DNA of 60,381 bases from the IMG/VR virus record IMGVR_UViG_3300015256_000001, positions 1 to 60,381 of that record; one strand, given 5' to 3'. Source of the stretch: a virus (taxonomy: Duplodnaviria > Caudoviricetes). The notes under the pieces are model-generated. The model did no database searches, was not told the origin of the DNA, and saw only the letters and a list, made by a program, of their open reading frames with translations. Of the stretch, positions 1 to 8,856 are shown piece by piece; the first letter of the stretch is position 1; every line of letters begins with the position of its first letter. A program made the position numbers and the translations under genes.

Positions 1-123
1 CGACGTGATGTTATCGTCCAGAGCCACTGTGAACACCGTCGATTCGGCGAGGTTCAGCGTGAGCACGCCACTGACGATGTTGGGCGAAGACGTGATCTCG
101 CGTGGAGTCGCCGCTCGAAGCAC
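1..123. repeat. Terminal direct repeat (assembly circularisation overlap), copy 1
   Basis: 1-123 is identical to 60259-60381 and lies inside a continuous ORF. Confidence 0.97.
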
Positions 124-1308
124 CCAGTTCGTGCCATTCGACACCGCCATCACGGTTTCGTTCTTCGCCTTGAGCACGTATGTGGCCGCGCCCTCGAACG
201 TCTCCGCCGCGTTTGGGTCCACCGTCACGCTGTTGGCCGCTGTCGCATCGATCCGCTTCACGGTGATGCTCCGACCCTTGTAGCCCACCGCCGTGTAGAG
301 CGTGATGGTCGCAGACCCACTGGTGGCATCCACGAGGACGGTCACGTCTTCACCGTCCGTCGTCAGAACGGTGTAGTTGGCCGTCTTAGCCAGGACCGTG
401 CTCGCGATACTGACCCCATTCGTCGTGACCCAGTTCGCCCCGTCCGATACCGCTACCGCCGTGTCGCCGACACCGAGCACGAGCGTAGCCGAGCCTTCAA
501 TCGTCTCTGAAGCGTTGGGGTCGATGGTGACGGTGTTGGCCTCAGTCGTGTCCGTGCGCTTGACCGTGACCTTTCGGCCCTTGTGCCCTACGGCGGTGTA
601 GAGCGTAACCGTGAGTGACGCGCTGGTGGCATTCGCCAGGACCATGACATCGTCGCCGTCCTGGTAGGTCACGGTGTAGTCGGCTGTCTTCGAGAGCACC
701 CGTGACACCGTTGAGGCCTTGTTCAAGCCAATCCAGTTGGTGCCGTCTGACGCGATGGTGATGCCGTCGTATCTGGAGGCGATGACGTAGGTCGCTGCCC
801 CGTTGATCGTGTCGCCAGCATTGGGGTCAATCGTGACCGCGTTGGCCGAGCCATCGATCTTCACCACGCGAATCCTGAACCCATCGTTCCCGACTGCCGT
901 AAACGGCGTGATCGTGAACGCCGCGAGCGTGGCATCAGCGAGAATCAGCACGTCGCTGCCGTCTTCGACCGTGACCGTGTAGTTGGCCGTTTTGGTCAGG
1001 ATGGACATCTGACTGGACTCGCCGGCTCCAGACCCCTCCGACGTCGCGTTGTCCACGGTGTAGATCGGGTTGGTTGGCGGGTCCGTGTCCGTCGATGGCG
1101 ACAAGACGAACTTGTACGCGACACCAGGCGTAACGAAGATGTTCTCGAAGAGCCCTTCCGCCGAGGCGATGATGGGGTTTGTGTTCTCCGTCTCAAGGTC
1201 CGCATCGGAGTAGGTGTCGATCTTCGTCGTCGTTCCGGCGGCGTATGAGAAGAGTTTCGCCAGCGCGTAGTCAGGCACCCAGATCCGCAGTCCGCCTAGC
1301 AGTGGCAT
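1..1308 (-). CDS. Tail fibre/tailspike, 5' part (continues across the origin to 60034; about 510 aa in total). Not in the ORF track
   Basis: Manual translation from ATG 1308: MPLLGGLRIWVPDYALAKLFSYAAGTTTKIDTYSD..ENTNPIIA (head-binding-like N-terminus), then three ~90-aa knob repeats KTA[ND]YTV...DPNA...S[DN]G.NW; no stop down to base 1 and in frame with 60034..60381. Confidence 0.85.
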   Translation of the reverse strand, partial: MPLLGGLRIWVPDYALAKLFSYAAGTTTKIDTYSDADLETENTNPIIASAEGLFENIFVTPGVAYKFVLSPSTDTDPPTNPIYTVDNATSEGSGAGESSQMSILTKTANYTVTVEDGSDVLILADATLAAFTITPFTAVGNDGFRIRVVKIDGSANAVTIDPNAGDTINGAATYVIASRYDGITIASDGTNWIGLNKASTVSRVLSKTADYTVTYQDGDDVMVLANATSASLTVTLYTAVGHKGRKVTVKRTDTTEANTVTIDPNASETIEGSATLVLGVGDTAVAVSDGANWVTTNGVSIASTVLAKTANYTVLTTDGEDVTVLVDATSGSATITLYTAVGYKGRSITVKRIDATAANSVTVDPNAAETFEGAATYVLKAKNETVMAVSNGTNWVLRAATPREITSSPNIVSGVLTLNLAESTVFTVALDDNITS

Positions 1309-1315
1309 GGCATCC

Positions 1316-1582
1316 TCATTTCGCAGCCCAGCCCGTCGTGCCGGTACCGCTTTCCTTCACGTAGAACGTGGCCCCTGGCGTCCCGTCTGTGCGGTTGAAC
1401 TTCGACGACACTGGCCCGGCGATGACGCCCTCTGGATCGCCTTCGCCCCACATCTCGAATGCCGTCCCTGGTGACCCCTTGAATAGCGCGGCGAGGAACT
1501 GGCACCAGAGCACCCACGGCTTGGTCATGATGCCGGCCTTGTCCACTACCGGATTCGCGATGGCGAGGTGTGGAGCTGGCAT
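1316..1582 (-). CDS. Small tail-associated protein
   Basis: 88 aa; PVVDKAGIMTKPWVLW type N-terminus typical of the gene after gp10 homologues; abuts its neighbours. Confidence 0.65.
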   Translation of the reverse strand: MPAPHLAIANPVVDKAGIMTKPWVLWCQFLAALFKGSPGTAFEMWGEGDPEGVIAGPVSSKFNRTDGTPGATFYVKESGTGTTGWAAK

Positions 1583-1801
1583 CTATTCGATACTCGCTTC
1601 AATGTCCACCGAGGCATCGCCCCAGGCGTGCGTGATCGGCTCAGAGGTCGAGACTTCCATGACCCAATCATACCCGTCACCGAGGCGGTCGAGGCCCACA
1701 ACCGTGTCGTATTCACCGACGACCCCCTGATTGATCCAGATCTCAGACGACCAGGTCTTCCCGCCATCGACCGAATACCGGAACATGATGCGTGGTGGCA
1801 T
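1583..1801 (-). CDS. Stand-alone C-terminal module of P22 gp10-like tail hub
   Basis: PRIMFRYSVDGGKTWSSEIW..GEY..RLG resembles the C-terminal segment of gp10 homologues; 51/70 identical to the end of 1805..3970. Confidence 0.75.
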   Translation of the reverse strand: MPPRIMFRYSVDGGKTWSSEIWINQGVVGEYDTVVGLDRLGDGYDWVMEVSTSEPITHAWGDASVDIEASIE

Positions 1802-1804
1802 GGC

Positions 1805-3970
1805 CTAGTGCTCTGACGGCTCGATGTTAACAGACGCACTCCCCCAGGCATGGGTAATTGGGTCAGAGGTCGCCACTTCCAGTACCCACTTCTTCCCGTC
1901 TCCAAGCCGGTTGATTCCGGCCCGCGTCAGATACTCTCCGACATCACCTTGGTTGATCCACATCTCTGACGACCATGTCACACCGCCGTCCGTGGAATAT
2001 CGGAACATGATGCGCGGGTGGGCTTCCGCTTCGTCTGCAACCTCCGGCTCTGGCTCCGGCTCTGGCTCCGGGAATGAGCCGACGATGACCCAATAGTTAT
2101 ACGTCGAGGCCCCAACCGGAACCTGGAAGAGCCCAAGTGCGTCACCCTCCACATACTCCACGCCATCGCCGCTCACCACGCCGGTCGTGTCTGGGTCAGA
2201 GACGACGAGCGCATCGAGCGCCGTGGAGGCCGCATTCTTCCTGAGTTGGAACGTCTGTGAATTGCCACCACCTGGGGCCGCGCCGAGTGCGGCGTACATC
2301 ACCGATATCTCCAAGGCTCCAGCCGGTGTTGTCGAGAGGGACGGGATTGTGTGCTGAAACTCGGACTCAGACGCCGACGCGCCACTGTCATTTCCAGATA
2401 CCAGCCTCGCGCTTGAGGCCCCGGCGTTCTGCATGTACCCAGACACCATAAACCGACCAGCGGATCCGGCGTCGAGCCTGGCGCGAATGGTGGCGGCGTG
2501 ACGGACTAGGGACACAATCCCGGCATTCCGCTTGAACCCAACGATATCGACGAAATCGCCTGGCACCACAGCCAACTCGAACTGACGCCGGCCGAAGGCA
2601 TTCGAGAACGTGTCCACCACGAGCGTCGTCGTCGTGTCCACCGTCCCTCCTGTGCCATCCTGGATGATGTCGTTGACGACCAAGAAGTACTCCACGTTCG
2701 GGTCGAACGTCATCGCTATTTGATACTGAACCACCATCTCAGTGATCGTCATCGGCAAGCCGACGAGGGACTTGCCAGGTGTGGGGATCCCGGTGGCCCA
2801 CTGGCCAGTCGGATGCAAGATCGCACGCTGGAAGCCCACATCTACCGTGTTCGACCCTAACTCTTGATGACCGCCACCAAAGACATGCACTCGCTCTTCG
2901 CCAGTCTCGAGCAGCATTGTGGCAACGGCGAAGAGTGGCGTTGGCAGGTTCACCCCTCCTGTGTTTTCGTACTCCACCCGGATGCGTTGGTACTTGTAGA
3001 CCGCCAGCCCCATGTCTAGGTTCGCCGAACCAGTCACATCGGCAGACGTCAACGTCAGCGTGAATCCTGTCTCTTGCGCGAACAGGCCGCCTGCGCCGAC
3101 CGCTCCACCGGGCAGGATCTTCAACGTGACCTGTTGTGACCCGGTGAGAGGCTGGGACAATTTGACCGCGATGCTCTGGAGTGTCCCGTTGACAATCGCG
3201 ACATCGCCAAGCCGTTCTGGCAAGGCGTTGATGCCCACATACGGGAACCCACTACACGCCGTGTCGCCAGGGGTTAGGCCAGACAACGTCATGCGGCCGG
3301 TGAAGATGGGCTGGAACCCGCCACCAGTCAGCGCGGTAGACCCCTCCGGGATCAGGAACGAAAGCAGCGTCATCGGCCCGCCGGCCGACCTGGCAGCCGT
3401 AAAGGTGGGCTCGTCGTCCGCTGCCGCCAGATGGTTCACGATGATCCGAGGGCCGGTGAAGAATGAGGCCCCGCCAGTCAACGAGCTGGACACCCCAGGC
3501 GGATCCGTGAAGAACACGGCCGCAATCTGTCGGCCGTTCGGATCCCACGCATACGCCTTCCGCGCCAGAGACGTGGGCGAGAAGAAGTCCTCATACGTCG
3601 CCCCTGGAAGGATGATGCACCCATCGGAGGGTCCGTCCTGGACGTTGAAGGCGCACGTCGCGTAGTTGAACCCTGTCGGCGCCGTCGTGATGAACTCAAT
3701 TAGTTCAGTGCCGACGATGGCCGGGTTGACTAGCGAGAACACGTAGGCCGCATTGCCAGCGGCCGCCACCCCGGTCCAGTCCATCCAGGGCGTCATTTGT
3801 ATTCCGCCGAAGGTGCAAGTTTCGTTGTAGATGTTCGTGCTGTCGTACCGGTTCGTGCAGACGATCACGTAGATCGTCTTCCCGGCTTCAGAGGTGTGCG
3901 ACCACGGGGATGGATGCACCCCGACGCTTTCCGTACTCGACGCATTGGTGGGGACGCTTGGCCTAGCCAT
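1805..3970 (-). CDS. Large beta-rich passenger (adhesin-like) fused through a PEPEPE linker to a gp10 C-terminal module
   Basis: 721-aa ORF; G/T/S/V-rich repeated beta domains; last 70 aa are the gp10-like C-terminus. Confidence 0.75.
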   Translation of the reverse strand: MARPSVPTNASSTESVGVHPSPWSHTSEAGKTIYVIVCTNRYDSTNIYNETCTFGGIQMTPWMDWTGVAAAGNAAYVFSLVNPAIVGTELIEFITTAPTGFNYATCAFNVQDGPSDGCIILPGATYEDFFSPTSLARKAYAWDPNGRQIAAVFFTDPPGVSSSLTGGASFFTGPRIIVNHLAAADDEPTFTAARSAGGPMTLLSFLIPEGSTALTGGGFQPIFTGRMTLSGLTPGDTACSGFPYVGINALPERLGDVAIVNGTLQSIAVKLSQPLTGSQQVTLKILPGGAVGAGGLFAQETGFTLTLTSADVTGSANLDMGLAVYKYQRIRVEYENTGGVNLPTPLFAVATMLLETGEERVHVFGGGHQELGSNTVDVGFQRAILHPTGQWATGIPTPGKSLVGLPMTITEMVVQYQIAMTFDPNVEYFLVVNDIIQDGTGGTVDTTTTLVVDTFSNAFGRRQFELAVVPGDFVDIVGFKRNAGIVSLVRHAATIRARLDAGSAGRFMVSGYMQNAGASSARLVSGNDSGASASESEFQHTIPSLSTTPAGALEISVMYAALGAAPGGGNSQTFQLRKNAASTALDALVVSDPDTTGVVSGDGVEYVEGDALGLFQVPVGASTYNYWVIVGSFPEPEPEPEPEVADEAEAHPRIMFRYSTDGGVTWSSEMWINQGDVGEYLTRAGINRLGDGKKWVLEVATSDPITHAWGSASVNIEPSEH

Positions 3971-3977
3971 GGCCAGT

Positions 3978-5198
3978 CTACGTCACGACGCCGACGTCTA
4001 CGTTGACCTCGAACCGGTTGATGGTCATCTGACGCTGGTTCTGGTTCGCATGAGGCGAGCGGACCACCCGGCGAATCGGCTTGTCGTCGTCGTCGTACTT
4101 CGCCGTCGTGGACAACTCATAGATCGTGCCGTCGATCCGGCTCCCAACCAGATGCTTCTCGAACGCGTGACAGTGACACTGCCCGAGGTGTGGGTCCATG
4201 AACCCGGTCGCCGGATTCAGATACCCGCGCTCGTGCCATAGGTCCGTCGTGAGGTCGTAGACCCACGTCATGTGACCAGGGAAGCTCAGGACGTAGAACG
4301 TGTGCCCAGCGTCAAGGTAGGTCCACGCGTAGGCATCCTGGCCGGTCGAGTAGGTCTTCCAGATCGCCTCCACCGCATCGTGGCTGACGCGCACCGCGTT
4401 GTAGCCACGCGACATCGCCACATGCCTGGCGCCATCTTCCGTCTGCCCCAGCCAGAGTAGAGCTCCACCGACCTTGCAGAGCGTCTTCTGCGCCAGTAGG
4501 CCGTGCTCGATCAGGACGCCCTGAATCGGCGCGAACGTCACGAGCGCATCCCCGGTGTTGTACCAAACCTCCGCCGTCTTTGACCCAATGAGCCACATGT
4601 CCTTGCCGACTAACTCGAGACCTTGGATGTTGTCCGTGGTCTGGGTCTTCTCGGCGAGGTCGCCGGCCGACCACGTCAGCCCGTCAAACCGGCCGGAGAA
4701 CTGAAACCGCCTCGTGCCGAAGGCCGCGACGATGAAGTAGGAGTCCGAGTAAGACAGGCTGATGATATTCGCCGGGAAGTCGGAGTCCGTGATCTGCACG
4801 AACGAATCATCGGCCAAGGTGTGGATGTAGCCCAGCCCGCCACCCATCACCATGTTCTGCCCACCTCCGGATCCGTTCGTCGCAATCTTGACCGGCAGCG
4901 TGGACTGCACCACTGACCCGATCAGGAGCGAACTGCCGCTCGCGTAGAACCGGTAGTACTCCGACCCGCTGACCGCGTAGGCGTAACCGTCATGCGAGAA
5001 CAGCGCCGTGATCGGCCCAGTCCCAATCGTGGTGAAGGTCCGCGTACCAGGCGTGGGCGCGAACGTCATGGCGTAGGGCGGCCGCACACCCTCTCGGCGA
5101 TGCACAAGCGGATACAGGTTGAGCGCCTGTTGGCTACCGATTCTTGAGGACGGGAAGCGGTAGGTGCCCCCGACGAACCCATCGTACGGAACGATCAT
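3978..5198 (-). CDS. P22 gp10-like DNA stabilisation/tail hub protein, C-terminally truncated
   Basis: Propeller motifs PTPG..F, EVWYNTGD, GHTFYVLSFPG..TWVYDLTTDLWHER; position after the gp4-like gene; ends at ..VDVGVVT. Confidence 0.85.
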   Translation of the reverse strand: MIVPYDGFVGGTYRFPSSRIGSQQALNLYPLVHRREGVRPPYAMTFAPTPGTRTFTTIGTGPITALFSHDGYAYAVSGSEYYRFYASGSSLLIGSVVQSTLPVKIATNGSGGGQNMVMGGGLGYIHTLADDSFVQITDSDFPANIISLSYSDSYFIVAAFGTRRFQFSGRFDGLTWSAGDLAEKTQTTDNIQGLELVGKDMWLIGSKTAEVWYNTGDALVTFAPIQGVLIEHGLLAQKTLCKVGGALLWLGQTEDGARHVAMSRGYNAVRVSHDAVEAIWKTYSTGQDAYAWTYLDAGHTFYVLSFPGHMTWVYDLTTDLWHERGYLNPATGFMDPHLGQCHCHAFEKHLVGSRIDGTIYELSTTAKYDDDDKPIRRVVRSPHANQNQRQMTINRFEVNVDVGVVT

Positions 5199-5929
5199 GG
5201 CCGCCTGATCGAGTCCGAATAGGGGTCATACCACACGCCCATGACCCCGTCACGCCCGAGCGCACCGTCCGTCTCGAGCCGTGGCGGACCCTGATCCGTG
5301 AGTGCGGCGATGCTCGCCTCTGCCCGAATGAACGCCTGCTCCATCGCCCTAGTGACCGGCTTCCCGAACGCCTCCGCGATACGGATCTGGAGATCCGTTC
5401 GGAACAGTGCATGATACCCGTCAGGGTAGGTGTACTGCGTCGTCAGGTCGGCGAACCCTGAGATGGTCGGCAAGGCGAGGTAGAGCGTGGCGGCAGTCTG
5501 AGGCACCTCCCAGAAGTAGAGCGTGTTGTTCGTGACCCCAGTCTCCATGTAGACGTGGCAGGGATAATCCGCCTCTTCCGTCTTGTCGCCAATGTCGAAG
5601 TACTCGGCCTGAGTCAAGATGCCGATTGGCACCTCCTGCGTCTGATCGACTGGAAGCACGGCGGCATTCGCCAGGATGGTTGGCTTGGGCGTGACCGTGT
5701 AGTGGGCGCCAGTCGGGCCTATCGTGCGCGACACCTGGCCAGCCACGAGGGTGAAGGACTGGCGAGCGGCGGCGTAGATGCTCCGCCGCTTTTGCCTCCA
5801 CTCCTCGAACTGCTCTTCTAGAGCCACGAGCGCCATCGTCGCGTCCGGATCTGTCAGATGCCGGCCGACACCTATCACTCGGATGCCCTGAAGTGCCCGC
5901 GTGATGAGTTGTGCGGCCGTGAAGGTCAT
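5195..5929 (-). CDS. Head-to-tail adaptor (P22 gp4-like)
   Basis: T..QLITRAL..I.VIG N-terminus; YPDGY..L...L..RIAEAFG; synteny. Confidence 0.7.
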   Translation of the reverse strand: MTFTAAQLITRALQGIRVIGVGRHLTDPDATMALVALEEQFEEWRQKRRSIYAAARQSFTLVAGQVSRTIGPTGAHYTVTPKPTILANAAVLPVDQTQEVPIGILTQAEYFDIGDKTEEADYPCHVYMETGVTNNTLYFWEVPQTAATLYLALPTISGFADLTTQYTYPDGYHALFRTDLQIRIAEAFGKPVTRAMEQAFIRAEASIAALTDQGPPRLETDGALGRDGVMGVWYDPYSDSIRRP

Positions 5930-6336
5930 GGCGTCCCAGCCAGTGCCCGCTTGATCTGGTTGTCAATCGTGGCGAGAACGGTCTTCCGGCCACCATTCGG
6001 CCCGCCGGACTCGCGGTGTCTGATGCGCGTCAGTACGTCCACGTCACGAATCTGGATCAGCATCTTCCGGAGATCGGTGAAGTGAATCTGGCGCACATCA
6101 AGTTGGCCCTTGGGCTCAGGTACCGGTACCGGTATGGGCTCCGGCTCCGGCTCCGGTTCAGGTTCCGGTTCAGGCTCAGAGACAACGACCGGGGCCGCTG
6201 CCACTGGCTCGTGATAGAGCTTGTAGGCCTCGTCGTAGGTCGTGGCCCATCCGATCCGCTTGGCGAGCATCCGCTCCGCCTCGAGATTCTCGAAGACCTT
6301 CCCATTCACGTCCGCGTAGTGATACAGCCGTGTCAT
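5926..6336 (-). CDS. Hypothetical protein with (EP)n linker
   Basis: 136 aa, start/stop overlaps with neighbours, C-terminal RKTVLATIDNQI helix. Confidence 0.7.
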   Translation of the reverse strand: MTRLYHYADVNGKVFENLEAERMLAKRIGWATTYDEAYKLYHEPVAAAPVVVSEPEPEPEPEPEPEPIPVPVPEPKGQLDVRQIHFTDLRKMLIQIRDVDVLTRIRHRESGGPNGGRKTVLATIDNQIKRALAGTP

Positions 6337-6782
6337 CAGTTGGTCACCGTGGGCTGTGGAGCCGGCACCCGAAGGAGCAGCATCCCGGTTGTGGCGTACT
6401 TGGAGTAGAACATCTCCATGTCAGACGGCCCTGACCATGACCCAAGACCGTCCCTGGCAGCGCCAGCGTTCGCCACCGCCTGGTCGAGTGGTAGGACATG
6501 GGTCAGCCACAGATGCGCGCCTGAGCGCGGCAGGACAAGGCAGAACATGTCCGGCGAGATCAGCCGGCCCTGCACGAGGCCGTAGAGCGCGTTGAAGATG
6601 CGCGTGGCCTTCACGCGGTGTGCTTCGACGGCCACGCGTTCTTGCCACATTCCACCTTCCGCCTTCTGCGCGCTCGCCAGCCAGCGCAGATGTTGCGCGG
6701 CCTCGTGATACCGCTCCATGAGGGTCAGCGCGAGGGAGGCTTCGACGCCGTTGGGTGGCCAGGGAGGCGACATCTCGTTCAT
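6336..6782 (-). CDS. Hypothetical protein
   Basis: 148 aa, overlapping start and stop with both neighbours. Confidence 0.6.
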   Translation of the reverse strand: MNEMSPPWPPNGVEASLALTLMERYHEAAQHLRWLASAQKAEGGMWQERVAVEAHRVKATRIFNALYGLVQGRLISPDMFCLVLPRSGAHLWLTHVLPLDQAVANAGAARDGLGSWSGPSDMEMFYSKYATTGMLLLRVPAPQPTVTN

Positions 6783-7900
6783 GTCGGCACCTCTTCCTTC
6801 TCGTTGACACTGCCACCCAGCGCAATGGCGGCATCGATCCTGCCGGCATGCTCTTGCTGGAACGTGTTCTTCAGGTGAATCCCACCGAAGGCGGCATCCC
6901 TCTCTTCTTTGTTGAGGAGCTTGTTCCTGTTGGGCCTCTCGCCTTCTTGAACGCCAGCCTGCATCTTCTGCGCGGCCCGAAGGTCAGCTTCGGCCTGAAT
7001 CTTCCTGGACTGGCGAGCGAGGATCTGGTCCGTCTTCTCGGCGTCGTAGTCGTTCTTCATGTCCAGTGCCGGCGTCTCGCCTTCCAATTGGGTCATCCAC
7101 GCCGGCTGCCGTGGATCCTGGTTGATCTTCTCCATCGCCGCCGCGAAGTCCTTGTTCTGCATCCGCTTCGCTTCCGCCTGCTTGAGTGCGGCTGGGTCGC
7201 CAGTGACGTCCACCAGCCGCTCCTTCGAGAGGGCCGGTTGCTGCGTGATGGCCTCGCGGAACCGCGCCACATCGAGCGCGTACTGCTCCTTCGTCAGGTC
7301 GTAGCCGTAGTCCTTCCCATGCGCGAGGTCATAGACCACCTCGTCGAGGAGGGTGCAGCCGGGCGGTGTGTGGACCTTGACGCCACGCCCAATGGCAATC
7401 CCGAGCCACATCTGGCAGTTGCCACGCTGCCGCTCGTACTCCGTCGCGTGGCCGTATTCGATACCCCACAGGCCGATGTCCGTCGCCCCGTAGATTAGGG
7501 CAAGGGCAATCTGGTAGGCCGTTTGTGAGCTGTAGTGAAGGCCGGGGAACTCCGTCCGCATCTGTTCGATGGGATTCCGCGCAGAGGCCGGCACATCCTT
7601 GTGCTGCTCCTGCATCATCACCGGGATGCGGCACCGCTGGAGATGCTCCCAGGCGTCATTTTGGCGCTCCGTGAACACGAACTCAGGGTGCATCTCCCAG
7701 AAGAGATCGACCCGGTTGGCCGGAAGAAAGTTGGTGGCGCTGATGTTGGCCCAGAACTCCCACGAGGGGTCGCTCCATGGCGCTGTCCAGAGTGTCGCGC
7801 GATATGTCCCGAGGAGTCCGATCTTCCGTGCGTTGCCAGGCCCCCACCGAATGGGGCGGTTTGCCAGTTTCTTCACATGCCCAGGTACCGTGATCGCCAT
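6779..7900 (-). CDS. Sialyltransferase/Maf-like glycosyltransferase-fold protein
   Basis: KIGLLG..APWSDPSWEFWA; SSQTAYQIALALIYGATDIGLWGIEY; EYERQR..WLGIAIGRG; start moved to ATG 7900 (AAGGAG upstream). Confidence 0.55.
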   Translation of the reverse strand: MAITVPGHVKKLANRPIRWGPGNARKIGLLGTYRATLWTAPWSDPSWEFWANISATNFLPANRVDLFWEMHPEFVFTERQNDAWEHLQRCRIPVMMQEQHKDVPASARNPIEQMRTEFPGLHYSSQTAYQIALALIYGATDIGLWGIEYGHATEYERQRGNCQMWLGIAIGRGVKVHTPPGCTLLDEVVYDLAHGKDYGYDLTKEQYALDVARFREAITQQPALSKERLVDVTGDPAALKQAEAKRMQNKDFAAAMEKINQDPRQPAWMTQLEGETPALDMKNDYDAEKTDQILARQSRKIQAEADLRAAQKMQAGVQEGERPNRNKLLNKEERDAAFGGIHLKNTFQQEHAGRIDAAIALGGSVNEKEEVPT

Positions 7901-7998
7901 CGTGATGCCACGCTCCTTGACGCTTGGGTCCGCGCGTCTAGCGGTCGCCAGGGCAATCCTGACGACCGCTATTGTAGGCCGGTTTCTCGATTGCGTTC

Positions 7999-8823
7999 TT
8001 AGAAGCTCGTGAACTTCTTCGCGACACCATCGACGTAGGGCCGGTCGATATAGACCGTGCCTATCCCACCTCCGACCGTGGGAGAGGTCAGTGTGGTCGG
8101 GTCCGACTGTGCCCACGCCCGCCAGATGATGTTGCCTCCGGCTGAGGTGAGGATGTCACCCGCGCCAGTGACCGCGATCATATCGGCCGCACTGGTTACG
8201 TTCGACGAGAGCAGCGCCGCCGTGTAGGTGCCGGCGTGGAGCCCCCACGAGAACGTGTCCGAAGCCGTCACCGTCTCGACGATGATCACGACCCGGCCCT
8301 TTGAGGCCGCACCGACCTGGGTCGCCAGACCGTTGGGATCGACCACCGCCCACTCGCCGACCTGGAACGCGTTCTGGCAGTCCACGAGCAGGTAGACGAA
8401 CCCGGTGTCCGGATCGACGCATTCGTGGTTGACCACCCTGTTCCGGGAGATTTCCACCCACGAGTCGTTGACGTAGCGATACGCCTTGGGGTCTTCCGCG
8501 CTGATGACGACCACCGGCAGCACCGCGACCTCGCTGGCCGTGACCGACCCTCGCGGCTTGGTCTGCGCGAAGTACTCGGCCCGGTCGAGCCAGCACACCG
8601 CGCCACTCGCGTGCTTGGACGCCCGCGTGCCGGCGTAGCCTCGCTGGACACCCACGATGCTGTTGAGGATGTCGTCAGGCTCGAGGCGGTTGACGAGCAT
8701 GACCTCCGTGTCCTGCACGAGGAGGTCGCCGACGAGTCGGCTGGTGACAGAGCTGACCTTGGCGAAGGTCTGAGACGCCGTCATTGCGGCCGACAGCGTC
8801 ACGGTGTTCAGATTGCGTGCCAT
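7999..8823 (-). CDS. Capsid decoration/minor head protein
   Basis: Directly after the coat gene; DTEVMLV..VQRGYAGTRASKHASGA motif seen in virion proteins. Confidence 0.6.
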   Translation of the reverse strand: MARNLNTVTLSAAMTASQTFAKVSSVTSRLVGDLLVQDTEVMLVNRLEPDDILNSIVGVQRGYAGTRASKHASGAVCWLDRAEYFAQTKPRGSVTASEVAVLPVVVISAEDPKAYRYVNDSWVEISRNRVVNHECVDPDTGFVYLLVDCQNAFQVGEWAVVDPNGLATQVGAASKGRVVIIVETVTASDTFSWGLHAGTYTAALLSSNVTSAADMIAVTGAGDILTSAGGNIIWRAWAQSDPTTLTSPTVGGGIGTVYIDRPYVDGVAKKFTSF

Positions 8824-8856
8824 GTTCTTTTTCCTTTCTGGTCTGCTGTCTGACCG

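Noticed and set aside
1-123. 123-bp terminal repeat as a biological DTR
   Set aside because: It falls mid-gene and has an assembler-overlap-like length; it indicates circularity, not the physical ends
1583-2017. Diversity-generating retroelement TR/VR pair
   Set aside because: Differences are not adenine-specific and no reverse transcriptase is present
1316-3970. Stop-codon reassignment (TAG readthrough) suggested by in-frame TAG-GCC-ATG and TAG-ATG junctions
   Set aside because: Core genes are full length under the standard code, no suppressor tRNA was seen, and the gp10 split itself is out of frame
6136-6180. (CCGGCT/CAGGTT)n hexamer repeats, also at 2040-2070 and 27735-27770
   Set aside because: They simply encode EP/EEPTP linkers
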